This document shows, in pieces, positions 35,791 to 46,031 of a stretch of DNA of 64,000 nt. The position numbers were made by a program, and so were the translations under genes. Below the pieces are notes generated by a model that was not told the origin of the DNA, did not search any database, and saw only the letters and a list, made by a program, of their open reading frames with translations. Each line of letters begins with the position of its first letter. Position 1 is the first letter of the stretch. The DNA comes from Patescibacteria group bacterium (GTDB taxonomy: Bacteria; Patescibacteriota; Patescibacteriia; UBA1558; GWA2-36-10): the NCBI GenBank assembly GCA_018819405.1, contig JAHJQF010000001.1, positions 290,097-354,096 of the forward strand. The letters are read 5' to 3'.

Positions 35791-37173
35791 ATGGCAAAAA
35801 TAAAAACCACTTTTTTTCTAAAACAATATCAGCAGGTGATATATGCTATTATCCTGATTATTTTAATTCCTTTGGCTATTATTTTAAATACAATTTGGTC
35901 GGTCAAATCTTTTCAGAGAAATATTGATATTAGTTTGCAGAGACAGGCGCTGCTTATTGGACAGGTGTTTGATGCTACTGTATATCAAGACATAGCTGAT
36001 ACCAATGAATTGCAAGCCAAAGTAGAATCACTAGCTCAATCCAATATAGGGCTGACTACTTTTGATGTGTTGGCCAAAGAGGGAGAAAATTTTAAGACAA
36101 TAGCCAGTTTGCAAGCGGAAAAAGTCGGGAATTCAGCTAATGATCTAAATTATATAATAGCTTGGCATCAGGATGAGGCAATTGCTACATTAGTATCTGG
36201 TTTGGCTGAGACCGGTAGAGCTGACGAACGTTTTTGGGAATTGGCTATGCCTCTTCATTCCAAAACAGGTGATAAGGAAGCGATACTCAGCTTACGTCTG
36301 TCGCTCAAATTGATTGATGACTTGGTCAAAGGAACGCTGACCAATTCTTATATTATCCTAGCTATTACCATAATGATTGTAATTTTGCTCTTGGCTTTGA
36401 ATACTCGTCTGTTTGAGCACGCGATACTTTTTAAAAAACTCAAAGAGGTAGATCAGATGAAAGATGAATTTATTTCTATTGCTTCTCATGAGCTTAGAAC
36501 TCCTATCACAACACTCAAAGGTTTTGTGTCTATGGCTTTGGAAGGTGACTATGGCAATTTGAATGAACAGGGTACCAAAGGTTTTAAAATCATGGAAGCG
36601 TCTATCAATCGTCTAGGTAGCCTGGTGGAGGATCTTTTAAATGTCAGTCGGATTGAACAAAACAGGTTGATTATCAAAAGGCTACCATTAGACACTAAAG
36701 CAATCCTAAATAGCTTGGCTGATGAATTTGAATTTAGAATAAAAGAAAAAGGACTGATTTTTAAAAAAGATCTAGCTGATGATTTGCCTCGTATTTGGGC
36801 TGATGAAGACAGGTTTAGGCAGGTGGTCATAAACTTAATGGGTAATGCGGTCAAATATACCAAGCAGGGTGAGATAGAGCTTACTGCTAAGGCCAGTGAT
36901 AAAAAATTTGTCACTATTACTGTCAAAGATAGCGGTATTGGTATGACAGCTCAAGAAAGACAAAGTCTTTTTGAAAAATTTTATAGAATACAAAGTGATG
37001 ATACCAAAGGTATTGTGGGCACTGGTCTGGGTTTATGGATTACCAAGCAAATTGTAGAAATACTAGGTGGTCAGATATTTGTAGATAGTATCAAACATGT
37101 GGGCAGTCAATTTTATTTTACAATACCAATATATAATCCATTGACTCATAAACAAGAGGAAAATAAAAAATAA
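35791..37173 (+). CDS. sensor histidine kinase
   Basis: H-box SHELRTPIT, N-box, G-boxes GIGM / GTGLGLWI and two TM segments. Confidence 0.8.
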   Translation: MAKIKTTFFLKQYQQVIYAIILIILIPLAIILNTIWSVKSFQRNIDISLQRQALLIGQVFDATVYQDIADTNELQAKVESLAQSNIGLTTFDVLAKEGENFKTIASLQAEKVGNSANDLNYIIAWHQDEAIATLVSGLAETGRADERFWELAMPLHSKTGDKEAILSLRLSLKLIDDLVKGTLTNSYIILAITIMIVILLLALNTRLFEHAILFKKLKEVDQMKDEFISIASHELRTPITTLKGFVSMALEGDYGNLNEQGTKGFKIMEASINRLGSLVEDLLNVSRIEQNRLIIKRLPLDTKAILNSLADEFEFRIKEKGLIFKKDLADDLPRIWADEDRFRQVVINLMGNAVKYTKQGEIELTAKASDKKFVTITVKDSGIGMTAQERQSLFEKFYRIQSDDTKGIVGTGLGLWITKQIVEILGGQIFVDSIKHVGSQFYFTIPIYNPLTHKQEENKK

Positions 37174-37178
37174 ATTTT

Positions 37179-37793
37179 ATGTATTTTAGAAGTATAGTCA
37201 GATCAATTGGTCATTACAAAATAAATATTATAATCAAAATACTTATAGCTTCTGATTTTATATTTTGGTCTTCTTATCAACTTTTTGCTCCTTTTTTTGC
37301 TATTTTTGTGACTGATAAAATTGCCGGTGGTGGTATAGAAACAATCGGTATTGCCGCCGCCCTTTATTTGATTTGTAAATCTTTATTTGAGATACCAGTC
37401 GGCATGTATATTGATCGGTCAAAATCTGAGAAGGATGATTTATTTAGTGCTTTTTTGGGCACTTTTTTAATAGGAATTTTATATTTAGGCTATTTGTTTA
37501 TTACTAGTGTTTGGGAGCTTTATTTACTTCAGGTGTTGATGGGAATAGCGGCGGCCATTTCTTATCCGGGCTGGTGTGCTATTTTTACTCGTCATATAGA
37601 CAAGGGTAAAGAAGGTTTTGAGTGGAGTTTATACGACATCTTGTCAGGGATTGGTATGGCTGGAGCGGCGGCTTTGGGCGGGTTTATTATAGAAAGTTTT
37701 GGTTTTAATTCGTTGTTTGTTTTGATTTCTATTATTTCTATTTTCAGTAGCTTTTTGTTGTTACTTATCAAAAATCAGTTATATAAAAAATAG
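37179..37793 (+). CDS. membrane protein (MFS-like half-transporter or fragment)
   Basis: Six predicted TM helices, 204 aa. Confidence 0.35.
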   Translation: MYFRSIVRSIGHYKINIIIKILIASDFIFWSSYQLFAPFFAIFVTDKIAGGGIETIGIAAALYLICKSLFEIPVGMYIDRSKSEKDDLFSAFLGTFLIGILYLGYLFITSVWELYLLQVLMGIAAAISYPGWCAIFTRHIDKGKEGFEWSLYDILSGIGMAGAAALGGFIIESFGFNSLFVLISIISIFSSFLLLLIKNQLYKK

Positions 37794-37796
37794 CCT

Positions 37797-38441
37797 TTAG
37801 GCTATTTTTTTGAGGGATTCTTTTATATTTTTAGACTTTTGAAAGTATGATCCGGGGCAAACTATATTGGCACCGGCATATTTAATTGCCGGGAAAGTTT
37901 GCTCATTTACGGCGCCATCTACTTCTATATTTAATTTGGGATATTTACTGCGCAGGGCTTTGATTTTTTTTAATGATTTGGGCTGGAATCTTTGACCTTG
38001 CTTGCCAGGGGTGACACCCATGACTTGGATAGTATCAAAATATTTTATTAGGTCTTTTATTTTATAGAGCGGTGTATTGGGGTTGATAGCTAGCCCTGTT
38101 TTTATTTTTTTTGCCTTTAGGAATTTATTGATAGCCAGGATTCGGTCATGGTCAGTATTGGCCTCATAGTGCCAAATTATTTTTTTGACATTTTTGAGTT
38201 TGACCCAACGAGTGACATATTTACTAACGCCATCTACCATTAGATGAATTTCTAAATTATGTTTTTTAGTTAGATATTGGACTACATCAGGAGTGATAGA
38301 GTTTTTTTCTTTTACAAATTGACCATCCATAATATCAATTTGAACATAGTTAAAATAGGGGCTGATTTTTTTGAAGTGTTTGGTGAATTCAGCTTTATTT
38401 TTTGATAATATAGAGGGGATTATTTTGATTTTTTTAGACAT
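37797..38441 (-). CDS. rpe: ribulose-phosphate 3-epimerase
   Basis: N-terminal IIPSILS...QIDIMDG and C-terminal VDGA motifs. Confidence 0.75.
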   Translation of the reverse strand: MSKKIKIIPSILSKNKAEFTKHFKKISPYFNYVQIDIMDGQFVKEKNSITPDVVQYLTKKHNLEIHLMVDGVSKYVTRWVKLKNVKKIIWHYEANTDHDRILAINKFLKAKKIKTGLAINPNTPLYKIKDLIKYFDTIQVMGVTPGKQGQRFQPKSLKKIKALRSKYPKLNIEVDGAVNEQTFPAIKYAGANIVCPGSYFQKSKNIKESLKKIA

Positions 38442-38874
38442 TTATTTTTTTAATTCGTCTTTTGTAGCGCGTTAAATTACCAAAGTCTGTAGCGAGCCAG
38501 GCTCTGACTACTTGTAGAGATTTTTCATTGTTTAGTCTCCAAGCGGGCAGACAAATAATGTTGGCATCATCATCGTGGCGAGCTCGACGAGCCGCAGCAG
38601 ATGACCAGCCTAGAGCGGCTCGGATGTTTTTGAATTTGTTGGCAGTCATACACATGCCTTGTCCAGAGCCACAGAGCAAAATGCCAGTAGCATTTTTATC
38701 TTTTTGGATTTTTTTGGCCACAGCTTTGGCAAAGCCTGGATAATCATCGGAGGCTTGAAATTTTTTGTTTCCCAGATCGGTATAGGTAATATTTTTTTTA
38801 TCAAAATATTCTTTTAAATATTCTTTACTTTTAAAGCCATTGTGGTCGGCCGCGATGTAGATGATTTTAGTCAT
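38434..38874 (-). CDS. rpiB: ribose-5-phosphate isomerase B
   Basis: LCGSGQGMCMTANK motif. Translationally coupled to rpe. Confidence 0.8.
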   Translation of the reverse strand: MTKIIYIAADHNGFKSKEYLKEYFDKKNITYTDLGNKKFQASDDYPGFAKAVAKKIQKDKNATGILLCGSGQGMCMTANKFKNIRAALGWSSAAARRARHDDDANIICLPAWRLNNEKSLQVVRAWLATDFGNLTRYKRRIKKINV

Positions 38875-38893
38875 AATTTTGTAACCCTAGGGG

Positions 38894-39286
38894 TTATTTA
38901 TTTTTTAAACTTTTTGACTTAAGTGATATAGCAAATACGCCTAGGATAGAAAGATAAGTAGCGGTAAATTGGGAGTATAGCTGATATCTTTTATCAATAG
39001 CACTAATGACAATAAATATAAGCATCAGTATTGTCCAGGTCACTATAAATATCTCACCGTTGTAGCGGGAAAAGAAATCTTTGTTTTTCCAACGGCTGTA
39101 TTCTTTGACGCCGGTAAAAATAGAGAGGATAGATAGGTAGATGATAGTGATGTCAGTCAGCAGATAGCTCATATCCCAAATTTTGAAAAAAGTGAGCAAA
39201 AAGATAAGGGAAGTAATAATACCCCAAAAGTTGGTTAGTCCCTTCCAGAACACTAGTTCGGCTTTTGTTTTTTTATGGTTTTTCAC
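38894..39286 (-). CDS. membrane protein
   Basis: Four TM helices, 130 aa. Confidence 0.4.
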   Translation of the reverse strand: MKNHKKTKAELVFWKGLTNFWGIITSLIFLLTFFKIWDMSYLLTDITIIYLSILSIFTGVKEYSRWKNKDFFSRYNGEIFIVTWTILMLIFIVISAIDKRYQLYSQFTATYLSILGVFAISLKSKSLKNK

Positions 39287-39450
39287 TTAGTTAGAAGTTA
39301 ATATTATAATATTTTGCTCAGTTAGACCCGTTAAAAACTCACTATTAATTTTTAATGGGCTTAGCTGGACTGGTAGCTTTATTTTACCATATTTTGTAAT
39401 TGATATAAAATTATATTGATGTTAAGATTAGTTTCTAAAATATATTTTAT

Positions 39451-41199
39451 ATGAAATTATTATTTAGATATATAAAAGATTACAAAAAAATGCTCACCGG
39501 AGTCTTGATTTTGGCCGCTATAAATCAGATTTTTTCTCTGTTGGATCCGCAGATTTTTCGACTATTGATAGATAATTATGCCTCCAAGGTAGACCAGCTG
39601 ACCAAGCAGGAATTTTTTCGTGGCTCTGGTCTTTTACTTTTGGCCTTTGTCGGCGTGGCTTTGGTGTCTAGGATAGCCAAAAATTTTCAGGACTATTATG
39701 TCAATGTGATTACCCATCGTCTGGGCACCAAGCTTTATGCTAGGAGCGTGGAACATTCTTTTTATTTGCCTTATTCTGTCTTTGCCGATCAAAGTTCGGG
39801 TGAGATACTACAAAAAATGCAAAAAGCCAGAGATGATTTACAAAGATTGATTACGGGCTTGGTCAATTTACTCTTTGTTTATTTACTAGGTATTATTTTT
39901 GTACTTATTTATGCTTTTTTTGTTCATTGGATAATAGGAGCTAGCATTGCTCTTATTGTACCGACATTGGCTATTACTATATTTTTTATATCTCGCCGTA
40001 TCAAGCTGGTCCAAAATCAAGTAGTCAAAGAGCAGTCTGCTTTGGCCGGAGCTACTACCGAGACTTTGAGAAATGTAGAGCTGGTCAAAAGCTTGGGTCT
40101 AGAAGACCAAGAGATAAAAAGACTCAATGATGTCAATGAACATATTCTTTCTTTGGAACTAAAAAGAGTCAAACTAGTCAGGACGCTGAGTTTTATCCAA
40201 GGTACTTTGCTCAATGGTCTACGAGCCTTGATCATGTTTATTATGTTATATTTGATGTTTGATCACCTTATCAGTTTGGGACAATTTTTTACATTGTTGT
40301 TTTATTCATTCTTTTTATTTAGTCCTTTGGCTGAGCTGGGCAACTTGGCTGAGCAATATCAGCAAGCCAAAAGCAGCAGCGAGGCTTTAGAAAAAGTCTT
40401 GGCTATGGAACCGGAAAAGCAGATAGACAATCCCATAGTAGTAGACAATGTGGAGTCTATCTCTTTTGAGGATGTGGTCTTTACCTATCAGGGTAGTCCC
40501 AAACACGCTCTCAATAGCATCAGTTTGGACATCAAGGCTGGGCAAAGCGTAGCTTTGGTCGGACCGTCTGGAAGCGGCAAAAGTACAATCGTCAAGCTGC
40601 TACTCAAATTGTATCAGCCACAATTTGGTAAAATAAAAATAAATAAAAAAATAGATATAGCGGATACAGAAAATAAAAGTTTTAGACAAAAAATTGGTCT
40701 GGTTTCTCAGGATACTCAGCTTTTTTCTGGTACCATTCGTGAAAACCTTTTATTTGTCAGTCCTGGTGCCACAGAAGATGATTGCTATAGGGTGATGCAG
40801 ATGGCCGCAGCCAGCAGTGTTTTGCAAAGAGCAGAGAGCGGATTGGACACCAAGATAGGCGAGGGAGGTATCAAGCTTTCGGGTGGAGAAAAACAAAGGC
40901 TAGCTATTGCCAGAGCACTATTACGTAATCCAAGTATTTTGATATTTGACGAGGCGACCTCCAGTCTTGATTCATTGACAGAGTTGGAAATTACTAAGAC
41001 TATAAAAAATATTGCCAAAGAGCGTCCTAGTCTTATCACAGTTTTAGTCGCTCATAGGTTGTCTACTATATCGCACGTCAAAAATATTTATGTTTTGGAA
41101 AAAGGCAAAGTAGTAGAAGAGGGTAGTCATGAAGAGCTAGTCAAACAAGGTGGACTTTATAGTGCTTTATGGAAACAGCAGTCAGCTAGCATAGATTAG
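39451..41199 (+). CDS. ABC transporter, fused permease/ATP-binding (MsbA-like exporter)
   Basis: Six-TM domain plus Walker A GPSGSGKST, signature LSGGEKQRLAIARAL and Walker B ILIFDEATS. Confidence 0.85.
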   Translation: MKLLFRYIKDYKKMLTGVLILAAINQIFSLLDPQIFRLLIDNYASKVDQLTKQEFFRGSGLLLLAFVGVALVSRIAKNFQDYYVNVITHRLGTKLYARSVEHSFYLPYSVFADQSSGEILQKMQKARDDLQRLITGLVNLLFVYLLGIIFVLIYAFFVHWIIGASIALIVPTLAITIFFISRRIKLVQNQVVKEQSALAGATTETLRNVELVKSLGLEDQEIKRLNDVNEHILSLELKRVKLVRTLSFIQGTLLNGLRALIMFIMLYLMFDHLISLGQFFTLLFYSFFLFSPLAELGNLAEQYQQAKSSSEALEKVLAMEPEKQIDNPIVVDNVESISFEDVVFTYQGSPKHALNSISLDIKAGQSVALVGPSGSGKSTIVKLLLKLYQPQFGKIKINKKIDIADTENKSFRQKIGLVSQDTQLFSGTIRENLLFVSPGATEDDCYRVMQMAAASSVLQRAESGLDTKIGEGGIKLSGGEKQRLAIARALLRNPSILIFDEATSSLDSLTELEITKTIKNIAKERPSLITVLVAHRLSTISHVKNIYVLEKGKVVEEGSHEELVKQGGLYSALWKQQSASID

Positions 41200-41312
41200 T
41201 GTTGACTAATTGAGTAATTATTGTTATACTTTGGCGTGCCTAATTAATCGTATAATAGTTTAATTGCATATTAGATTAATAGGGTAAATTATTTGAAGAA
41301 GAAGAGCGATTT

Positions 41313-41594
41313 ATGAAGTATAGCGAACATCAAAGTTACAAAATTGGCTTTGAATTATCCAATATTGTTTGGAAAATAGTAAAAGGTTGGTATAGGTATT
41401 ATAAGAAAGATAAAATAGTATTTTTCAATTATGCCAAAGCTTCTTTTTATGAATCAGTTGATTGGATAAATAAAGCCATACAAAGGGGTCTTATAAAAAA
41501 GACAGAGGCGGATAGATTAAGGACTTTGATAATAAAATTTCCTAAAGAGATAAACGGCTTAATAAAAGGCACAAGGATAAATTTGAAAAAATAA
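41313..41594 (+). CDS. hypothetical protein
   Basis: 93-aa basic protein. Confidence 0.35.
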   Translation: MKYSEHQSYKIGFELSNIVWKIVKGWYRYYKKDKIVFFNYAKASFYESVDWINKAIQRGLIKKTEADRLRTLIIKFPKEINGLIKGTRINLKK

Positions 41595-41639
41595 TCAATT
41601 AACCTATTGACCAATTAGTCTATTAAGCTATTATTTTAT

Positions 41640-41714
41640 GCCCCGGTAGTTCAACGGATAGAATAGAAGCCTTCTAAGCTTTAGATTCAGGTTCGATTCC
41701 TGGCCGGGGTACCA
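41640..41714 (+). tRNA. tRNA-Arg (anticodon TCT)
   Basis: Acceptor GCCCCGG pairs with CCGGGGT. Anticodon loop CTTCTAA. T-loop TTCGATT. CCA encoded. Confidence 0.75.
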
Positions 41715-41807
41715 GATTAATTGTATAATTGTTCAATTGAATAATAGTTTAATTGAATCAAACAATTAGACAAATAGGCAATTAGTCTATTAAGCAATTA
41801 TTTCCGT

Positions 41808-41883
41808 GGTGCCCATAGTGTAATGGTTAACACAGAAGCTTGTGGAGCTTTTAATGAGGGTTCAATTCCCTCTGGGCACCCCA
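41808..41883 (+). tRNA. tRNA-His (anticodon GTG) with encoded G-1 and CCA
   Basis: G-1 pairs with C73. Acceptor GTGCCCA pairs with TGGGCAC. Anticodon loop TTGTGGA. T-loop TTCAATT. Confidence 0.75.
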
Positions 41884-41983
41884 TGAAAATATCGCTAATT
41901 TTAGCGGTGTTTTTGTTTAACCAAAGAAGGGAATAGAACTAAAATGAAAGAGCCTCCAAGTCCGTAGACTTGAAGGCTCACTT

Positions 41984-43492
41984 TTACAACCCCCAGTTTT
42001 TGGTTTCTTTGGCGACCATCATACAGTCGCCGTTGACTTCTTGCATCCATTGGAATCGAAGCTTGGTTAGCTCCTCAGGAGTCAAACCACCTACAGGGAA
42101 TGCCGCTCGTTCGTGGCTCGTTCGGAGATCAAGATCAGGGAACAAAGACTGAAATTTGTTGTAGGCCATGGTACCAGGAATGGCTGTAACGATGAAAATC
42201 ATCGCATAAGCCAACCCAACTTGCTTCAATTTTATGGCGTATTCTACCGTCCTTTCCATGTCTTGCAGAGACTCGTTTTGAAAGCCAACCATGAAGCCAC
42301 CGACTACTTCAATACCAGAATTGGTAGCGTAGCGGACAATTTCTTCAGCTGGTTCTACTCTGGTGTTGATGTGGGGCTTATGACTTTCTATCAAGGATTG
42401 AGGATTTGCCGACTCAATAGCTAAGTAGAAGCGGTAGCAACCAGACTCGGCAAGCTTGTTTAAGACTTGCTTATAAGTCAGGTTATGTCCCGGCTTCATA
42501 AACTTGAACATTGAGAGGCCACCCTCTTCAAACCAGCTCATGCTGTGTTTTTTCAGGATGTCACAGATAGCCATTGCTCTCTGCATGTCAGCAAAGAACA
42601 TGTCGTCTTCGACAACTAGCTCAGTGACACCAGCTGCTTTTAGAAGCACGACTTCTTGTTCAAATCTAGCTAGGCTGTAGTAGCGAATGTTTCCCGCCAT
42701 AATATGAATATGGCAGAAGTCACATTTCAGCGGACAACCTTGGCTAGACATGATGTAAGCAAGTCTTCCTTCTTTCTGGTGGCGACTCCCACCTGTATGC
42801 TCGGGCGTGTCATACATTGGGTGAAGTGGGATTTCCAAACGGCGCGGTGCCAGAAGGTCCAGATCGGGTAGTAATCCACGACCAGGATTGTCTACTGGCT
42901 TACCAATCGAATCTTTATAACTTACTCCGAGAACGGGAGTGAAGTTACGTGATGATTGGTTGGATTCCAGGGAGTAGCAGAGCTCAGGAAAGCTCACAAC
43001 TCCTTCTTTTCGAATTACCATGTCAACGTTTGGATCCTCTAATACCCTTTCTATATCACCAGTGGCATTGGAGCCACCTTCGGTGATAATTGCTTTGGGG
43101 TAGGCCTCTTTGGTTAGGGCAGCGACTCGGGCGACATTGTTTGCTTGGTTGCTAAACAAGCTAGTAATGCCGACAATGTCAGGATTGAATTGACTTAGCA
43201 GTTTTCTTAGCTGCTGGTCAGTTAATCCATAGCGGATACTGCCGTCATCTTGTGGGGTGAATTGGTTATAGGCAGCCATGCAGGCATCAATGAAAATTAC
43301 ATTGAAACCTTTGGCAACCAATTCAACAGCAATGAGCTCTAATCCTAGGGGGCAACCAGCTCTACGAGTTTCATATTTTTCAAAGAAACTATAGAATGGC
43401 ACTAGAAGAAGTACAGTCAAACGACTTTCTTCTTCGTTGTTGTAAATAACACCCTCGGGGATTATTTTTACCGACATTTTCGGATTCATCAT
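41984..43492 (-). CDS. B12-binding radical SAM enzyme
   Basis: N-terminal cobalamin-binding Rossmann segment. CPLKCDFCHIH (CxxxCxxC). GC ~50%, above genome background. Confidence 0.7.
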   Translation of the reverse strand: MMNPKMSVKIIPEGVIYNNEEESRLTVLLLVPFYSFFEKYETRRAGCPLGLELIAVELVAKGFNVIFIDACMAAYNQFTPQDDGSIRYGLTDQQLRKLLSQFNPDIVGITSLFSNQANNVARVAALTKEAYPKAIITEGGSNATGDIERVLEDPNVDMVIRKEGVVSFPELCYSLESNQSSRNFTPVLGVSYKDSIGKPVDNPGRGLLPDLDLLAPRRLEIPLHPMYDTPEHTGGSRHQKEGRLAYIMSSQGCPLKCDFCHIHIMAGNIRYYSLARFEQEVVLLKAAGVTELVVEDDMFFADMQRAMAICDILKKHSMSWFEEGGLSMFKFMKPGHNLTYKQVLNKLAESGCYRFYLAIESANPQSLIESHKPHINTRVEPAEEIVRYATNSGIEVVGGFMVGFQNESLQDMERTVEYAIKLKQVGLAYAMIFIVTAIPGTMAYNKFQSLFPDLDLRTSHERAAFPVGGLTPEELTKLRFQWMQEVNGDCMMVAKETKNWGL

Positions 43493-43689
43493 GGGCTCCC
43501 TTCGGGGGGGATTGTTGATTGTTAAAGGACTGGTGATCTAAAACATAAAATTATAACAATTTTTGCCTATTATGTCAACGATACTCGACAGTTTTGTCGA
43601 GTAAATTCAGCCTATTATTAAAAGGGCTATTGACTAAAGGGGAATTATGTATTATAATGATGACGAAAGATTCGACATAATTTAAAAAT

Positions 43690-44424
43690 ATGGAAAGTAT
43701 ATTAAAACAACTAGGTTTTTCTGATAATGAAGCTAAGGTCTATTTAGCTGCTTTAGGCTTAGGAAAAGCTTCAGCACAGGACATTGCTAAACAAGCTAGT
43801 CTAAAGAGAACTACAGTTTATTCAGTTTTAGACTATTTAATAGAGCGAGGTGTGATTGGTAAAAGCACTGAACGTGGTAAAACTCGTTTTGTAGCTGAGG
43901 CACCAGACAAACTATTAGCAATGACTGATCAATTACGGGAAAAAATAAAAAAAGCCCTACCAGAATTGGAGGCTGTATATAATAAAAGCGAGTCAAAACC
44001 AAAAATTGTGTTTTATGAAGGCAAAGAGGCTATTCAAAACATTTATGATGACACTTTGCGAGAAAAACCAGATGCTATTTTAGAATGGAATACCAATGCT
44101 TACTTTGAACGTTTTCCTAAAGACCACGCTTATATTGATAAAAGAGTAAAACTCAACATTCAAGCAAGGCGTATTGCTGGTGAAGGATCAGTTTGGCACA
44201 CTAAACATAAAGGATATGATAAATCAGAGCTCTCTGAGACTATTGTTGTACCAAAAGATAAGTTTTGGCCAATGATTGAAGTTAATATTTATAATAATAA
44301 AGTTGCTTTTATGAATTACGCCGATGAGATGTCAGTTGTTATTGAAAACAAGGCTATTGCCGAAGCAATGAAACAGATTTATGAACTTTCTTGGCAAGGT
44401 GCTAAGAAGATTGAAGTAAATTAG
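43690..44424 (+). CDS. TrmB-family transcriptional regulator
   Basis: N-terminal wHTH ILKQLGFSDNEAKVYLAALGLGKASAQDIAKQASLKRTTVYSVLDYL. Confidence 0.65.
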   Translation: MESILKQLGFSDNEAKVYLAALGLGKASAQDIAKQASLKRTTVYSVLDYLIERGVIGKSTERGKTRFVAEAPDKLLAMTDQLREKIKKALPELEAVYNKSESKPKIVFYEGKEAIQNIYDDTLREKPDAILEWNTNAYFERFPKDHAYIDKRVKLNIQARRIAGEGSVWHTKHKGYDKSELSETIVVPKDKFWPMIEVNIYNNKVAFMNYADEMSVVIENKAIAEAMKQIYELSWQGAKKIEVN

Positions 44425-44530
44425 GAATATAAACATCATTTTTTGCAATTATTTATAGCTAGTATATTCTCTCTAACATTAGCCATGTATTCTTTATCTG
44501 AGAGAATAGTTATAATATCGTTCTGAGACT

Positions 44531-44598
44531 GACCCCATAGAAGAAATCGCTCTAAAAGCGGTTTTTTGATATAATGATAATGTTATTAAAATAAAAAT
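44531..44598 (+). promoter_or_regulatory. conserved promoter/leader module (GACCCCATAG...hairpin...TTTTTTGATATAATG...GTTATTAAAATAAAAAT-ATG)
   Basis: Near-identical to 54047-54100. Extended -10 TGATATAAT. AT-rich conserved leader with no SD. Confidence 0.6.
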
Positions 44599-44787
44599 AT
44601 GGAAGAGAAAAAAATAAAACAAGAAAATATAACTATTCCTAAAAAGGCAATGTACGGTATTGCGCCAGTTATTGCTATATCTGCAGTATTAATTTCTAAA
44701 GATCAACCTGGGCCATTGCTTTTATTTTTTATTGGCATTAGCGCAGGAGTATTTATTGGTAAAGGATTTTTTGAAAATAAGAAATAA
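44599..44787 (+). CDS. small membrane protein (62 aa)
   Basis: Sits immediately behind the conserved leader. Confidence 0.4.
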   Translation: MEEKKIKQENITIPKKAMYGIAPVIAISAVLISKDQPGPLLLFFIGISAGVFIGKGFFENKK

Positions 44788-45116
44788 ATAATATGAAAAT
44801 ACAAGACACATTAGGAGCTGGCTTGGTTGTAGTAGGGATTATCTTTTTAAATAGTAATCCAACCATTGGAATGCTGTTTGTTGGATTTGGGTTAGGTTAT
44901 AATGTGCGTCCTCATCTACAAAAAATGTTTAAAAAGAAATAATTAGAATACAGGAATGTAAATATTTTCTTTTTGTTGTTGTATTTGAGTTCTAACTTTC
45001 TGTATTGTGCCACAATCATTTTTAGGGGTAGTAGCGAGAAGATATTAGAAATAAAATAATAAAAAAAGCAGGCCCAGATCACTGAATGTGATCTGGGCCT
45101 TTTCCGTCTATGCAGA

Positions 45117-46031
45117 TTATCTTGCCTGGTAGTTGGGGAGACCAACTACGCAAGGCAAAGCGGTGTCTGCGACGTGAAGCATTTCCGAAGTGATGTCTTG
45201 ACCTCCGCCGATGGTGGCATTGAACACCTTCACTTCCTGCTGGACGTCTACCTGGAGTGTCAGTCGTTGGTAGTGTTCAGCAAGGTGAAGAAGCGTGTGC
45301 AATATGTTGCCTGCCATCTTGCCGAGTGAAGGGACATCCTGCAGTGGATGAACTCGCTCGTCGAGAAATACTTGGGTGATTCGCTCTGATCCATATTCGA
45401 GTACTGCTTGGAGCAGTATAGCGACCTCTACGCTGTAACCAGAATAGAAGGTTGCTTTCTCGAGGAACTTGCGAGTCCCAGCATATTCTCCAGCCAGGGG
45501 CTGTATGAAATCGGCGGTTTCGGGAAATAGCATATTGAGGAAAGGTCGAGCTAGAAGCTCGGTTACCCTAGCGTCACCTTTGGGTCGCTTGTAGTATCCC
45601 TTGGTAAAGACTACCTCAGGATCCATCAGGAAGGGAGCGATAATTCCCAAGATGAAACGGGGGTGGATGTTCTCTATGTCGGTGTCAATCCAGGCGACGA
45701 CATCGCCAGTGGTATAGTACACACTACTCCATAGATTCCAGCCTTTTCCTCTTGCTAAGGGGATAGATATGGCCTTGGCAGTATGCTCATCTTGAATTGC
45801 TTTGAAGCCAAGCTGAGAACACATATCCAAGGTGTTGTCGGTTGATCCGCTGTCGAGCACGATGATCTCATCGACCAATGGCTGACATGACATAGCACAC
45901 TCGATGACACGAACAACTGTTGTCTCCTCATTTTTGACGGGGAGAGCCAAGCTGATCGTTATTTGGCGCTCTTGTTTGAGAGCCAAGAGGTGCGCCATGT
46001 CAGCGGCGTCTAAGTACGACATATATTTCAT
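45117..46031 (-). CDS. family-2 glycosyltransferase
   Basis: GT-A fold motifs VKNEE...LDSGSTD. GC-rich. Confidence 0.65.
   Translation of the reverse strand: MKYMSYLDAADMAHLLALKQERQITISLALPVKNEETTVVRVIECAMSCQPLVDEIIVLDSGSTDNTLDMCSQLGFKAIQDEHTAKAISIPLARGKGWNLWSSVYYTTGDVVAWIDTDIENIHPRFILGIIAPFLMDPEVVFTKGYYKRPKGDARVTELLARPFLNMLFPETADFIQPLAGEYAGTRKFLEKATFYSGYSVEVAILLQAVLEYGSERITQVFLDERVHPLQDVPSLGKMAGNILHTLLHLAEHYQRLTLQVDVQQEVKVFNATIGGGQDITSEMLHVADTALPCVVGLPNYQAR

Noticed and set aside
44912-45145. ORF 44912-45145(-), 77 aa
   Set aside because: It overlaps the GT2 gene start and the terminator region, and has a low-complexity sequence. Likely non-coding.
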